DNA of 64,000 nt. Source: Protoeuglena noctilucae. Its lineage: Eukaryota. The DNA is taken from positions 496,001 through 560,000 of the forward strand of contig OY253678.1 of the NCBI GenBank assembly GCA_958009085.1, in the 5' to 3' direction. The translations under genes and the position numbers were made by a program. A model generated the notes under the pieces. That model did not search any database. It had not been told where the DNA came from and saw nothing but the letters and a program-made list of their open reading frames with translations. Shown piece by piece: positions 1-13,100 of the stretch (positions are counted from its first letter, which is position 1; each line of letters begins with the position of its first letter).

Positions 1-1301
1 CGCCCAGGCGGCGTACGAGTCCGACGGAGAGCACCTGCGACTGGACGACTCAGTGGAGCATGGGGCGGACGCGGTGCTGACGCTGGACGCGCAAGCAGGC
101 CGCGCGTCGGGTCGCGTGTCGAGTCGGGTGGGCGCCGACGCCGCTGGGCCTGTGTCGGTGGGCCCGAGTGGCGTGGACGCCCACGGCTTGCGGCGAGGCT
201 TGGCGGGACCCGCGGCAGGTCGAGGCATGAAGGACAGCGACGATGCGGGCTTGGGCGATGCGGCCCGAGCGTTTGAGTCCTTGACACTTAGCGACGGCAC
301 GGAGGGGGGCGCAGAGGCGACGCTCCTGTCCCCTCCCGGTCGCTTGACGCCCCTATCGCCGAGCTCTCCTCAACCAGTGGTGAGGGTCGAGCCTGCACCT
401 GCCTGGGCGTGTCGATGTTGGCATTGGAGTGTAGTGTTCCTCAGCAAGCGAATATGCATGACCTGTCCGAGTCCTCGTGTCCCCACTCTGGACCCGGCGC
501 ACCTGCATCCCTCGCGACCCCTTTGTCATCCCCCGTCGCGTGCCAGGATGGCATCGAGGCCGTGGACCTGACGCACGATCACAAGCCTGACCTGCCGGAG
601 GAGCTTCGCCGGATCGAGGACGCAGACGGCCGCGTGCTGCAAGTCACGAGCGGGAGAGGCGCACCCGGGCCATTCCGTATCTTCCTGCAGACCGGGTGGG
701 TCCCAGGGCTCTCCACGTCGCGTGCGTTCGGAGACGCCATCGCTCGGCGCGTCGGAGTCATCTCGAAGGTGAGCGAGGCCAGGCGGAGCTGCTGCCGTGC
801 GCCCATAACGCTCCCTGCTCTGCGCGCACAGCGTGACATGCCGCGCTGCGGTCCAGGGCGCCCCACGAGCGTGCCTCCACGTGCACCTGTCCCCGCAGCC
901 CGACGTGCGCGTGGTTGACCTGAGCCCCGCGGACCGGTGGCTGGTGCTGGCGACGGACGGCGTGTGGGAGGCGATGGAGTCTCAGGAAGTCGTGGACATC
1001 TGCGCCAGGCATCAAGGGTCACCCGCGGACGCCACCAAGGCGATCGGTGAGCTCACACGCCCGCACGCATCTTCCTATGAGCGGTGTGGAAGCGGTTTGG
1101 TGCTCTTGGGTCGCCTTGCTTGGCATCACCCATACTGCGCTGACGCCTGGTAGCTGCGGTGGCCCACACAGCCCCATACGACGGCCATTTCTCGTGCTTC
1201 CACTTCTCGCAGTGGCTGAGTGCCTGGACCGGTGGGCAGACGAGACGGACTCCTGGGAAATCGATGATATCACCGTCATAGTTGTCGAAATGTCGCTCTG
1301 A
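1..1301 (+). CDS. PP2C/PPM-family protein phosphatase (5'-truncated, spliced)
   Basis: Spliced exons give VDLTHDHKPDLPEELRRI, PGLSTSRAFGD, WLVLATDGVWE and IDDITVIVV, which are PP2C motifs. Introns at 769-898 and 1047-1212 are GT-AG. Confidence 0.92.
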
Positions 1302-1409
1302 CTGTCTGCCTTTCTAGACCTCGTAGGCGCACCCGCTCTTAGTCTAGCATCTAGCACAGCATAGCACCCGCTCGCTTCGTTGCAGCCTAGGACAGCCCAG
1401 CGCCAATGG

Positions 1410-2340
1410 TCACTGCAGGGCCGGTGGCGGATCCGCGACTTTCCCTGCCCCGCGGCCCCTCCTGTGCGTAGCAGTATGGACGCACTGCGCCACGAGCGTC
1501 CCGTTCAAGAGCAGCTGCAGGACGCTCGAGGCCAGCAGGAGGCCGTCCTGCGTGAGGGCCAGCGTCGTCAACACCCGCGCAGCGTTCCCTGCGAGCGGGG
1601 GCTGTGGGCTGTGGGCACCACCACGGTGCTCGGCCGGTGGCTCGTGCGTCACTGCGGGCCCTTCACCTGCGACGTTGAGCGCGCAGGTGGTTAGAGCGAG
1701 CTCCCCCGTGTTGCCGCGGCGGTGGTTGAGCACGATTTGCGGCACCCGGGAGCCAAACGCGACAATGAGGGTGGACCAGCCCTGCAGCGCGGCCAGCACC
1801 GCGGGGCTGACGAGAGGCGTGAGGAGCACGGCAAAGACCGCGGCGCAGGCCGCGGAGATGGCCGCAGCCGCGGGCCAAGGGACGGGCTTGAAGGCAAAGA
1901 AGAGGGCCATGATGACGATGTCTTGCACCCAGCAGCTCAGGACATCGCCCCACGACGAGAAGGCGTACCTGCAGTCACGGGCGGATGCGGGTAGCACGCC
2001 GGGGTCGCGAGAAAGCGCCCGGCAGCGGCGCAGGGCGATGCTCGCACCCCTTGCGGAGGTTGTAGGCGCTGGTGATGCCGTAGCTGAGCAGCTCGTTCAC
2101 ATGGGCTGTGAGGGAGAGGCCCTGCACGCTCCGGCTGCGCGCGATGCGGGCGATCTGCGGGACGCTTCGCACCAGCGATCCGGCGAGGACGCAGTATCCG
2201 AGCGCGTGCGCCGAATACTCTTGTGCCGGGGGCAGGGCTTGACGCGATGTTCGTCTCGTTCGGAGCGCCTTCGAGCAGCGCCTCGAGATTGGAGGCGGCC
2301 AGATAGCGGGATGGGACAGACGATGGGCGGGTGCCACCAT
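1410..2340 (-). CDS. PQ-loop repeat membrane protein, MPDU1-like
   Basis: Two PQ loops: RSVPQIARIARSRSVQGLS and GSRVPQIVLNHRRGNTGELALTT, plus AYNLRKGYAFSSWGD. Two GT-AG introns. Confidence 0.88.
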
Positions 2341-2804
2341 GGCTGTCCCTCGGGAACTGCGGGATGCGATGCGATCCGAATTGGTCGCGACCCAGCCGTG
2401 TAGGTCTCGAAAGCTGCTCACATGATATGCGATCAGCGAGGAGGATGGTCGAAGAGCGGGGAAGATAGAAAGGACAGCGTCAGAGGACGCCAGCGTGCTG
2501 TGCTGGTGTCAGCAGGCCTGCGTCGGCAACACCGCCTGAGTGGCAGTTCTCTTGACTAATGGCAACCCTAATACGTGTGGACACGAGGGCTTGCGCATTC
2601 ACGGAGATAGAGCTCTGCGGCTCAGGTCCCGGAACCCGGGGCCGCTTACGGCGCGAGATATGGCTTGTTGACATGGCGCTGGTCCAGCAAGTCGGGCGGT
2701 GCTGTACCGCTGGCTGCGTGTGGCGGCGCTTTGCGAGGGCACGCCAAGGTCCACCTCGTCTCGCGCCGGCCCGCGCTCTGGACCATGGTACTGTCTTCCC
2801 CCTT

Positions 2805-3639
2805 ATGCTAGCCACGATGGACGCTATGCAGCTGGTAAGAGCTAGCCGGTTTTCTCGGCGTGCGGCTCACCCCAGCCCTTGCTCAACGCTAGGGTTGTTG
2901 ACGTTTTTTCGCAGTCCACCTTGGACGACGTGGCCGCAGAGGGCGTCAATGAGCTGCCCTTCTTCCTCGCCATCTTCGCGCTGCCCTTTCTCCTGACCAT
3001 TCTGCTCACGCTGGCCGAGGACGCGGGGTGACGATGTGGCGCGCATGACGAGCGAGGTGCGTCACAATGGGATGGTCATTCATCGAGGCATTGAGACACC
3101 TCGCTCCGCCCGCAGCGACGGTGCTGGCGGCGCCAGCCAGCCGTCGCATTTCCAGGTGGAGGACGCGAACGTGAGGAGCGTCGTGCGCTCGAACGACGCC
3201 CACGTCCTGCGCGACCCGCGCCTGGTCAAGCTCGCGAGCCACGCGGCGGCTGAGATCGTCAACAGCATCCGCCGCGCCAAGAAGGTGGGTGTGGGGACCA
3301 TGGTCCCCGGGTCCCGGGCGCAAGCGGTCGTGACGACGGCCAATTCTGGCGTGCGGGAGGCGGCGTGCTGTGCTGGGCACCTCGGGTGAGGGTAGGAGTG
3401 AGATGGGAGGGGCTGCGGGTGGCGAATCCTCCCTCCTGTCCCTCCCGTCACAGACCGCGGAGGAGAGGAGAGCCAGGGCCCACGCTCCCGGCCTCGACGT
3501 CCCCGCTCTCACCGCCAGCCAGGACGGCGCCCTTGCCGCCGCGAAGACCGTCAGCGTCCGCGCCACGGCGCTGGAGATAACCCTGGCGGTGATTCGCGAG
3601 ACGCTGAGCACGTACCACACGATTGCCGGCGGCATGTGA
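2805..3639 (+). CDS. Hypothetical protein with one hydrophobic segment (4 exons)
   Basis: Phase-consistent GT-AG splicing gives MLATMDAMQL|STLDDVAAEGVNELPFFLAIFALPFLLTILLTLAEDA|...|TAEERR...TIAGGM*. No family recognised. Confidence 0.6.
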
Positions 3640-3959
3640 GCGCATGAGATGGAGAGACTGAGGTCTCGTCTGAGGCGGTCTTTTTAAGGAGCTCAAGGAG
3701 ACCTCACTGCCCTTTCGCTCATGTAAACGGGGAGGGCAACGTCGTAAGAGGGCCTGAGGAGCCACGTTATGTGAAGGCGGATGTTTGCGCCACGCCGGCA
3801 TAGTGTGCAGGAATTCAGTGAAGTTTGCGTTTCGCACAGCTTCGCTAGGTGTAGCCCTGCGCTGCGTAGGGGAGCAGGGCTGCGGCCGATGGCCTGCCCC
3901 AAGCGGGGCGAGCTCCGCCTGTAGCGCGACGACTGGAGTGACGTAGCGGCAGTCGTGGC

Positions 3960-6874
3960 ATGGAACCCACGGCCTTGCTGACGGGGGGCGCGACCTCCCT
4001 GGGCCTGTCTTTGGCGAGGGAGCTGTACGATGCAGGCTGGTGAGATGCGAGCGGCATGATGGCGGGCGGTGCCCCTTGCGTGAACCCATGCTTGCGCCGC
4101 CGTGGCCTGAGCCACGGGGTAGCGGCACCAGAGGCGCGACGCCGCAAACGCCCACCACTTTGTCCTTGTCGCAACCAGCGCGCTCCGCCGCGACCGGCTG
4201 CGTTGACGGCCACGTAGCCCGTGCGTTCTCGTGGGTTTCTCGCTCGACGCGCCGTCCAACGCGGCGCGTTCCCACTTCTGCGCGCAGGCAGGTCTTTTTG
4301 TTGGGGGACCTGCCCCTGGCCGATGTCGTCTCGGCCCACGCGGAGCACTTCGAGGGCGCGGAGCACAAGCATACTACTTCCGAGATGCGCTCGGAGGCCC
4401 CGACCGTCCCGGACAAGACTGGGAGCGAGATCTCGAGCCAGCCGCAGCTGCACGCCAAGGCCCTCCTTGACCGCCCCGTCGTGCCGCTGGTGCCGCTCAA
4501 GACCCACAGCTACGTTCAAGTGGACCTCAAGGACACCGCCGGCGTGTACAAGTGCGGCGATGCTGGCGCCCGCCGCGCGGACGATGGCCGACACCAACGG
4601 CCTGCCGAACCCTCCCGTCGCTGTCGCCGCAGGGCCGTCGCGGAGCTGCACGACCGCGGAATGAGGCAGGTGGACCTCCTCGTCGTCGGCTTGGATGAAT
4701 GCTGGCAGGGGTCGGCGACGCCCGCCCGCCTCGACGCTTGCGCCGCCGCCGTCACGCGTGGCCTCTCCTCCGCGCTCGTCACGGTCCACGCCGCGCTCCC
4801 CCTCATGACGGACTGCGCGCGTCCGAACCACGCCTCCGATCCCGCGCCGCTGGGTCGCAGGGCCCGCGCTCCTGCCCTTCGCGGCGTGGTGCGGCCTCCC
4901 GTCGTCCCCGCCGACCCTTCCGGTGAGACCCAAGGCCCACAGATGAGCTATGCAATACTTGCACGAGCCGTCCGTCGCACGCGAGCATAGGCGTCCCTTC
5001 CCTTCCAAGCTGTGCGTTGTGCATGCTGCCCAGCCAACCCCCTGCGCGCACCACCCCGTCGCCCGCAGGCACGTCGGCCGTGGACCCTGGCGTCGTCCAC
5101 GTAGGCCCCAGCACCTCCTTCGTCAGCGTCCGCACGCAGCCGGTCCCGGGGGTGCTCGGCCCGAAGGTCCTGGTCTACCGTCGCCGCCCGCGTGCGTGCC
5201 AGTCCGTAAAGGAGGCCATCAGCGAGGCTTGCGGGAGCGCCCTGGAGACTTTCGGCCACGCGCTGGCCATGGAGCTGGCCGGGAGGGTCGAGGTGCAGGT
5301 CGTGTGTGCCAGGACGGGGGACCGTGGCGCCTGGCCACCCCACGAGCAGGCCGCGTGCCTAATGGCCTCGGTCACCTCCCAGGTGCGTGAGCGGGTGGTA
5401 GGGCATGTCGCGCAGACGCTTTTGACTCCCCGCAGCGCCACGAGTCCAACGACGCCCGCGTGCTTGACCGCCGTCGCAGAAGAAGGTGGTCAACATCGGC
5501 CCGTCAGGGTCGGCGCCGGCCCGCGTGGGCGAGCAGGCTCGGCGATCGCAAGCGGGCACGTCGGGGCGCGGCGAAGCGCCAAACGGGGACCCCGGGCGGC
5601 AGGGGCCGAACCAAGGGACTCCGCCGTTGCCGTCACCGGCATCCCGCGACGAGGGCGCCAAGGGCTTTTTGCTGTGGGACGCCCCCTCGTGGCTCTTGGC
5701 GCCCACCAAGCCGGCGGTCTGGGCGCAGGCGTGGTCCAGCATGGGCCTGGGGTCGGGGAAGGCCCCCACGCCGCCCCCACCGCACCTGGGCCACCTCATC
5801 ACGCAGGCGTCGCGGCGCCAGTGCTTCCACCGCGCTGACTGGGACAACCCCCTGCGCAACAACGAGGGGCGGCCCCTGTGCCTGCTGGTGGGCGCGGACC
5901 GGCCGCTGGGCCGGGCGGCCGCCCGGGCCGTGGGGGCGAGCTACGACGTGCTGGGCATCGGGCACGACGTGCGGGCGCTCACGTACGCGTCGGCGGACCT
6001 GATCAACGCGGGGGTGGACAACCGGTGCCTCCGTGCGGACTTGAGCACGTACGAGGGCATGATGGGGTCCATGAAGGACGTGTCGGAGGCGATGGCGGCC
6101 ATGCAGCACGATCACGTGGGCGCCGTGCTGTATCTGGAGCACGTCACGTTCGCGGGACTGTTCGAGGAGATGTCCCTGCAGCACCTGCTCCTGTGCATCC
6201 GCGTCAACATGCTGGCGCCCATGATGACATCCATCATGCTCCTGCAGGTGAGGGAGTGGCACACAGCGACGCGTGACGCAGCGCGGAGATGGGCGGGGTG
6301 CACAGATGCTGGTGCCATGCTAGAGCAATGCTAGAGCGATAGCAAGGCCATCGTTGGTGGACGGTGGACTGCACCGGGACTGCTGAGCCCCACCGCCACC
6401 CCGCCACTGCAGTCAGGGAGGTTGGAGGAGGGCGCCAGGGTGGTCATGCTGTCGGACATCGCCGCGCGCGCCCCGTCGCTCGGAGCGAGCCGCGCCGCGT
6501 TCGCCGCGTGCAAGACGGGCCTGGTGCACTTTGCCCGGGGCGTCCGGCAGGCGGGGCAGGCGGGCGTGATGGCGGCGCGGCGCGCGCACTTTGTGGTGGT
6601 GGAGCCGGGCCTCGTGGACGTCCGCTTGGACGCCAAGGAGGCGCACGAGGCGATGGCGGCCGCAGTGGCCAAGGCGGCGGCCACCCACCGCTTCTGGCCC
6701 GCGCGGTGGATCGGGCGACGCGTGCCGATCCGGCGGCCCAAGGCCCATGTGCCCGTCGGCCTCCACGCGCGCCTGGGCACGTGCGCGCCCTTTTCCTTCG
6801 TGCGCTGGCTCGTCCCCACGGAGGGTTACAGGCCCTGGGAGGAGGAGGAGGGCGGGGAGAGCCCTGCGCAATGA
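3960..6874 (+). CDS. Protein with two tandem degenerate short-chain dehydrogenase/reductase (SDR) domains
   Basis: Domain 1: ALLTGGATSLGLSLARELYDAGW...VDLLVVG...ALETFGHALAMELAGRVEVQVVC. Domain 2: LLVGADRPLGRAAA...RVNMLAPM...FAACKTGL...VVEPGLVD. An in-frame upstream TGA fixes the start at 3960. Confidence 0.8.
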
Positions 6875-7153
6875 CGAGGCCCGGAGGAGGCCCTGCCGTG
6901 ACAACTCCGCCCCATTCATGCCCATTCATGCCTTGCGAGTTCGTTCCTGCACCCGAATTCGTGTGCTGCATCCGTGTGTGTGCCATGTCTGCATGCACTG
7001 CACCCTTGTATGACCCGCCCTGATCACGCTGTTCTTAGCCGTCTATCGTGGAGTTTCTTGCCCTGCTGTACCCTGCTCGCGCCCTGGTCCTGTAAGAGCG
7101 GCTTTGAAGAGCCCAGGCCACCTGTGAGAGCGGCGCTGTAGGCGCAGGCCAAC

Positions 7154-8865
7154 ATGACCCTCGGTGCGGTGGTCGCCCTCGCGGCCCTGCTCCTGCCAGG
7201 TGAGAACGGACGTCGGCCGCTTATCCAGGACACCACCTTCGTCGGAACCTGCCGCATTCGGTGCGCTGCGAGGCATGGAAGCCACCCCTGCAGTGGTGGC
7301 AGCGGCCACTGGCTATGGCCTGAATCTCCGTCCGGGCAGGACCATCCTGGCTGCATGCACGTTCCGGGAAGCGCTCTTCCCCGATGGCGAGTGGGTGCAG
7401 GTGACGAGGCACAGCAGAGCCGCAAGGCAGCATCCCTTCCATCCTGTGCCTCGCCTAGTGGGTGGGTGCAGGTGGGATGAGGCGCAGCTGGGTCCAGGGC
7501 AACAGAGTGGCAGTCCATCCCGCTCAGCAACCTGCAGCCCTCCCATCTGCCCCACTCAACAATCTGCATCTACCCCGCAGGACCTGACCCTGCCCGAGCT
7601 CGTGCAGATTGCCGTTATTCCTGGCGTCTACGTGCCAGATGACGTCGGCAAGACGCTCCAGGTCATCCTGAGCTTCGAGGGTACCCCGTGCAACAACATG
7701 ATCCCGATCGCCACCGAGGTGACGATGCATGGTCGCAGCCTTCTTGTCACCATCGTCGGCTCCATCGTGCCCCATCATGTGACCCGAGCTCGGTGCTGCC
7801 AAACGCCGCAACGCCACGTCATCGACCACCTGCCACTCTTAACCACCCAGACCGAAGCGATGCGCCAAGTGCTGACGGTGCCCCTGCCGTCGGGGACCGG
7901 GGAGACAATGATCCCCAAGAAAGACTGGGAACACATGGTTAACCAGGCTGACTTTGACAAGAACGGGGAGCTGGACGCGGTCGAGGTGAGGCTCCCGCCG
8001 CCACCAGGCGGCGAACGACGCCGGGCGTCGGCCGGTGTGGGGATGTGGGTGATGGATGACTGCAGCTGGCGATGCGAACAGCGTTGCGAACAGGGCCTAA
8101 CCCTGGGATGCCGTCAGGTTGCGAAAGGATGGCGCCTTGGCACATGCAGTTCTGGTGCATTGATCACGAGATCCGACGCGTCATCAGTGAGGACAAGGCA
8201 GACTTCGCTAAGGCCAACGTGGTGGACCTGCGTGACAAGGCACCGCTCGAGGTCGTCGTCTTGCTTCCCACCTACCAGCAACAGGTGTGACGGGGCAATG
8301 CAGCCCCCATGCCCAGGGCGGCCCTGCTGTGGATGGCGCACCCAGGCTGGGGTTGGAAGTTCAAGTGACATGCGAGTCACAGACCTACATGTCCCTGCGC
8401 TCACAGGGCGACGCCATCAAGGCCGAGGTCGACCAGACCTGCGCCGCAGCCCCGCCGTTCGCGCCACAGGCTGCGAAGGCGAAGACCCCCGCGACCGTCG
8501 CTGGCCAGCCGTCACCCTCCCCGGACCCCTCGCCCACCCCCGTCCCGGCCCCGACCACCGCGGCCGTCGCGCCCTTGCTACGTGCGCTGGAGAACAGCCG
8601 CGCCGCAGACCCCCCGCGGAATCCTTGCCCTTCGCCCAACCCGGCCTCCGACCAAGTGGGCGAGGGCCCCACCCCGAGTACTACTGGTGCCACCACACCC
8701 ACACCCACCGCGGCAGGTGTTACCAACCCCACCGTGGCAGGTGCCATGCCAGCTGCCACCGCGGTCGTGCCCCCGCCGGTGCCCGCCGCCTCGGCGACCC
8801 CCGTTGCCGGGGTTGCCCAGGCCCCCGCTGCCATGCCCCCTGCGACCCCGGCTGCTACGCCTTAG
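7154..8865 (+). CDS. Secreted protein with an EF-hand-like loop and a Pro/Thr/Ala-rich C-terminal tail
   Basis: Signal-peptide-like MTLGAVVALAALLLPVVAAA, EF-hand-like DFDKNGELDAVE and a PSPSPDPSPTP/TTPTPT tail. Five GT-AG introns. Confidence 0.7.
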
Positions 8866-8993
8866 GACGTCGGGCCGACCAACAGCCTTGGCTGGCAATG
8901 ACTTATGACTTGAACAGAAAGCGCGCTGCCACTGACACGACAACGGAGCAAAAATCGGAAAGCCAGCTGGGCGGGCCCAGGGGTTATGCCTCA

Positions 8994-9970
8994 TCACTCT
9001 TTGCCGGCACCCTCGTGCACACCGCCCTCGTGCGCGCCGTCCGCATCCGAGCGCTGAAAGTGATACTCCGTGAACTGCGGGGTGAACTTGCCCACAACGT
9101 TGCCCGTCTTGGACCGGTGGTGCGGGTCGCTTTCTTCCAGCTCCTCCTCACGCACGCGGTCGTTGAGGCCCGCGCTGTCCATCCGCGCCCACCACTTGCC
9201 GCCCTTGGCCTTATCGCCTTCCTCAACATCGCCGGTGTCGTCTTCGCCTTCTTCGGCGTCACCCGCTTCGCCGCCCTCGGCACTGCGGGGCGAGGGGCCA
9301 ACGTGCCAGGTCAGCGCAGGGCCCCGCGGCCAGCGGCCACGCCGCTACACGCTTGCGCCTGCGCTCACCTGACATCGCCAGCATGAGCGTCCATGTGAAG
9401 ACTGTGCGGCCTGCCGGGCGAGCCGGGCGCGCGCGGCGACAGGGCGCGGTTGGGAGACCCGCTCTCGGTGGACACACGCCTACCCGGGTGGGGCACGCTT
9501 CGGCGGGACGCGAGCCCTTCGCCACCCTTGGGGGATCCCACGGCGCCGTCAAAGCCCCCGGCACCGTCCCGGCCCGCGTCAGCAGCGCCCACGCTCTTCC
9601 GCTGAAGCTCCTTCAGCTGCGGGAGCGCCACGAGCGACGTATCGAGGGATCTCGAGCGCCCACATGAATAACACCGCATCCATCATCCCCAATCGATGCC
9701 CAAAGCCTCGTCACACCTTGCGCAGGCTCGGATCAGCGATGTTGTCGTACTCGTGCTCCTTCAAGTCCTCCGGCATCTCTCCTGGCCTGCGCGGGAGTTC
9801 ATAAGACACTCGATGAGCCACAGACGCGATCTGGTCAACCAAGGGTAGTCTTGCTTGGCGCGAGGTCCACCATTTGGTCAGCGTGGAAGTTGGAGGCCTG
9901 CTGTGCGCAGATCGAGGCCGAGGACGCACGCTCGCCTGGGCGTGTCCCAGCCAGGCATCAGGCTCCCCAT
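8994..9970 (-). CDS. Small protein resembling the plant At1g19530-type family (MGSLMxGWD...WW...LN...QF)
   Basis: N-terminus MGSLMPGWDT and C-terminal KWWARMDSAGLNDR...KFTPQF, joined through three introns. Confidence 0.65.
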
Positions 9971-10175
9971 GCCGACTGCAAGCTGGCGTCGAAGCGGTGG
10001 CACCACTGAGTTTAGTGTTGCTCGCTCAGCCTCTCTATGTTTGTGAGCCCTCGTGGAAGCTCTCTATACTTTGAAGCCCTCGCGGATGCCTCGCGCTTTG
10101 TTTTATGCGAAAGTGCGTCCGCTTTGCACGCAATCGTCGCCAATCACTATCAGGAACGCTGGCAGTGGCACTGCC

Positions 10176-13100
10176 CTACTTGTGGTGCGGGACGAGGAGG
10201 TTTGCCAGCCGGGGATCGCGCTTGAGCTTCTGATCCAGCTCAAAGAACTTCAGCAGCGCATCCTCATCGTGCTTCTTCTTCCGGTAATCCAAGATGTGAA
10301 GCTGCGGGCACGTCGGAGCAAAGCATGTCGTCCGCGGCCAGCTGCAGTGCGAACGCTCCCATCCGCAGTCGCTGAGAAGTCAAGCCTCCCACACTCCGCA
10401 CCTTGAACAGCGCCTGCTCCACCTCCATCTCGTGCTGCTCCTCGTCCGCCCGCTGCATCGAGTCCCGGTCTCGCTGGAACGTCGCCTGCTTTTTCTGCAG
10501 CGCCGCCGTCTCCTCCTCCAGCCTGCGCGGCGCCGACGCAGGTCCCTCAGCCACCTCGCCGGCGCGGCAGGCCTGAGCGAGGCCCGCCGACCCCGCCACA
10601 ACGCGTCGCATGCGCGGTGCCCCGCCGCAGCCCCTCACCTCCCGCGGATGATGGCCTCCCTCCGCAGCACCCGCTCCTTCAGGGCGTCTAGCGCCCGGCT
10701 GCGCACTTGCACCGCCTCCTGCTGCGACAGCGCCTTGCGGGGCTTGTAGTTGGGTGGCAGGTACGGCGCGAGGTAGTCGTGCTCCGTGGCCTCCTCGTCC
10801 TCTCCCTCCGCGTCCGACTCCTCCTGGTTCTCGCGGATGATGTCGTAGTACGGGACGTGCACGCCCCCGCTCTCCTCCTCCTCCCGCCGCACCATCATCT
10901 CCCGTATCTCCGCCTCCATGTCGCGCACAGCCGTCACCGCCTCCCGCTCCTCCTGCACCAGCTGCAGCGTCTCCTCCGCCAGCTGGGACTTCGACACGGG
11001 GCCCGCCGTCGGGTCCACCTGGCTGACCTCCGCGTCGCCCTTCCGGAAGATCTTCGAGGCACGGGTGATTTTACCCTCCCCGTAGTGGTAGTGCACCTGC
11101 GGGGGCGCGATAAGAGGCGACGTCAGTCTACGGCCACCACATATTCTCACTCACACCCTGGCGATCACAGCACGTTGCTCCTGCAAGCCCATCACTCCCG
11201 CCTCATCCCATGGGGTGCGGTGCAGCCAGTGCGACACGGCGGCCAGCAGCAGCAACATGCTGGCCAGTGGGATACTCCCATCCCAGAGCCCCTCCCTCGC
11301 CTCGATGCGGTCGTTCTTGGGATCGAGGCAGAAGCGCCTCTTGGCCACGTCCTGCCCCGCGGGCACGCTCTCGTCCCGCGAGAACTTCTGCGTGATCTTG
11401 ATGATCCCCTGGTGCGTCTCGGTGCGCATGTAGTCCTGCGCCGCCGTCCGCTCGGCCTCGCCCGCCTGCCGCGACACCATGTCCTCCGGAGACATATCCT
11501 TGTACCGCACCGACCGGTACTCCAGCCGGTCGTCGCGCCCACGGAACCACTCGGTCGTCTTGCGCCTCGGCAAGAAGGCCTGGGACACGACCCACTTGAG
11601 ATAGGTATACTCGGACTCGATGAACTCCTCCACGCGCTTCACCAGGCCGTCCTGCCGCGCCTCGGTCCAGTAGTGCGTCTCGCGGTACTTGCCGCGGATG
11701 CTGATGTGCGTCTTGAGCGCCGACGACGACCCCTCCGCGAAGTGCTCCACAACCTTCTCGCCCTTCTTGCCCCCCGGCTCCTCCGTCACGTACTCCCGGC
11801 GCTCCTTCAGCTTGTCCGCCCGGCGCTGGAAGAACTCCCACACCTCCGTCTTGGCCGTGCACTGCGGCGGGGGAGCAAAGGAGCGGTGGGCGGAGCAGCA
11901 AGTGCGGGCGTTGAGTGCAGCGGTCGGCGGGGTGACTGGGGGGCCGCCCTGGCACAGGGCCAGGCGGGGCCACAACTGCAGTACTCCGGGCTGACAGCGT
12001 GCACCACAGGCAACAGCCCACATGCAAGATAGAAGTCAGCTACTACTACTCCACATGGCGTCTATCACACAAGCGCAGGGCCACAGCATGGTATGGTTCA
12101 GCGCATGTCCTCGCCTGTACGTCGCTGAAGAAGGTGAGGCGCTCGACGCGTCCCTCGTAAGCCTTGGCGCACTCGCCAAAGTAGGCGAAGATCTCCGACT
12201 TGCACCGGTCATACATGACCACCTTGTGGCCGCGGGGGCACCGCGTGTCGAAGGCGTCGCGGGAGATGACCAGGCGCGGGACCCACGAGGGCGGCATGTC
12301 GATCACTTGGCCCTCCCGGTCCTTCAGCTGCTCCCCCGACACCACCGCCTCCATCCACAGCTCCGGGTTACGCACCGCAGCCGCGAGCACCCCCTCGCCG
12401 CCCCCCGCCTTCACCGCCGCCTCCACCGCCCCCAGCGCCACCGACCCCAGCCCCGGGGGCTGCGCCGCGAGGCCCACGTCGCTCGAGATGGCCTTCTGGA
12501 TCCGCTGCGCCAGCTCCTGCGCCCCCGGGTACATCTCCGGCTCGGCCAGGACGTCCTCGAACGGCGACAGGAGGAACTCCCACAGTTTCGGGTTGGACAG
12601 GTCCCACTGCACGTCGCGCGGGTGCGCCCTGCGACCAGAGCAGGGTGCATGGGTGGCGTCGCGGCAGGGGCGGGGCTGAGGGAAACGCCGCGTGTTTGGA
12701 AAACGCAACATCGCGTCAGAGACGCGAGGCACGGCTGTTTCTCAAGAACAGGATGGAAGCAGGGCAACGGCGCCATCGTCGCACGTGGCCGTTTGGCAGT
12801 GCCACTCGCCTGCTGTCCGAGTGGGGCTCTGGCATCTGCATGCACACCCAGAAGTTCTGGTGGTTCCAGACGAACTCGACGCCCTCGTAGGGGCTCGCCT
12901 CGGGGGCGAAGCACTCCCCCGTCGTGGGCTCGATGAAGAGGGGCGCTGTGACCCCGCGCTTCTTGGGCAGCAGCAGCACCCAGGCGTGCACGCGCCGCCC
13001 CTCGTGCGGGTCGCCCGCCTCCTCCTCCTCCTGCCCGAACTCCATCGCGAACTCCATCCGCCGCAGCTCGTCCTCTTTTGCCTTCCGCTGCTCGTCCTCC

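Noticed and set aside
3781..3924. 47-codon ORF upstream of the SDR gene as a second bicistronic candidate
   Set aside because: No recognisable motif, intron support or coding-like composition.
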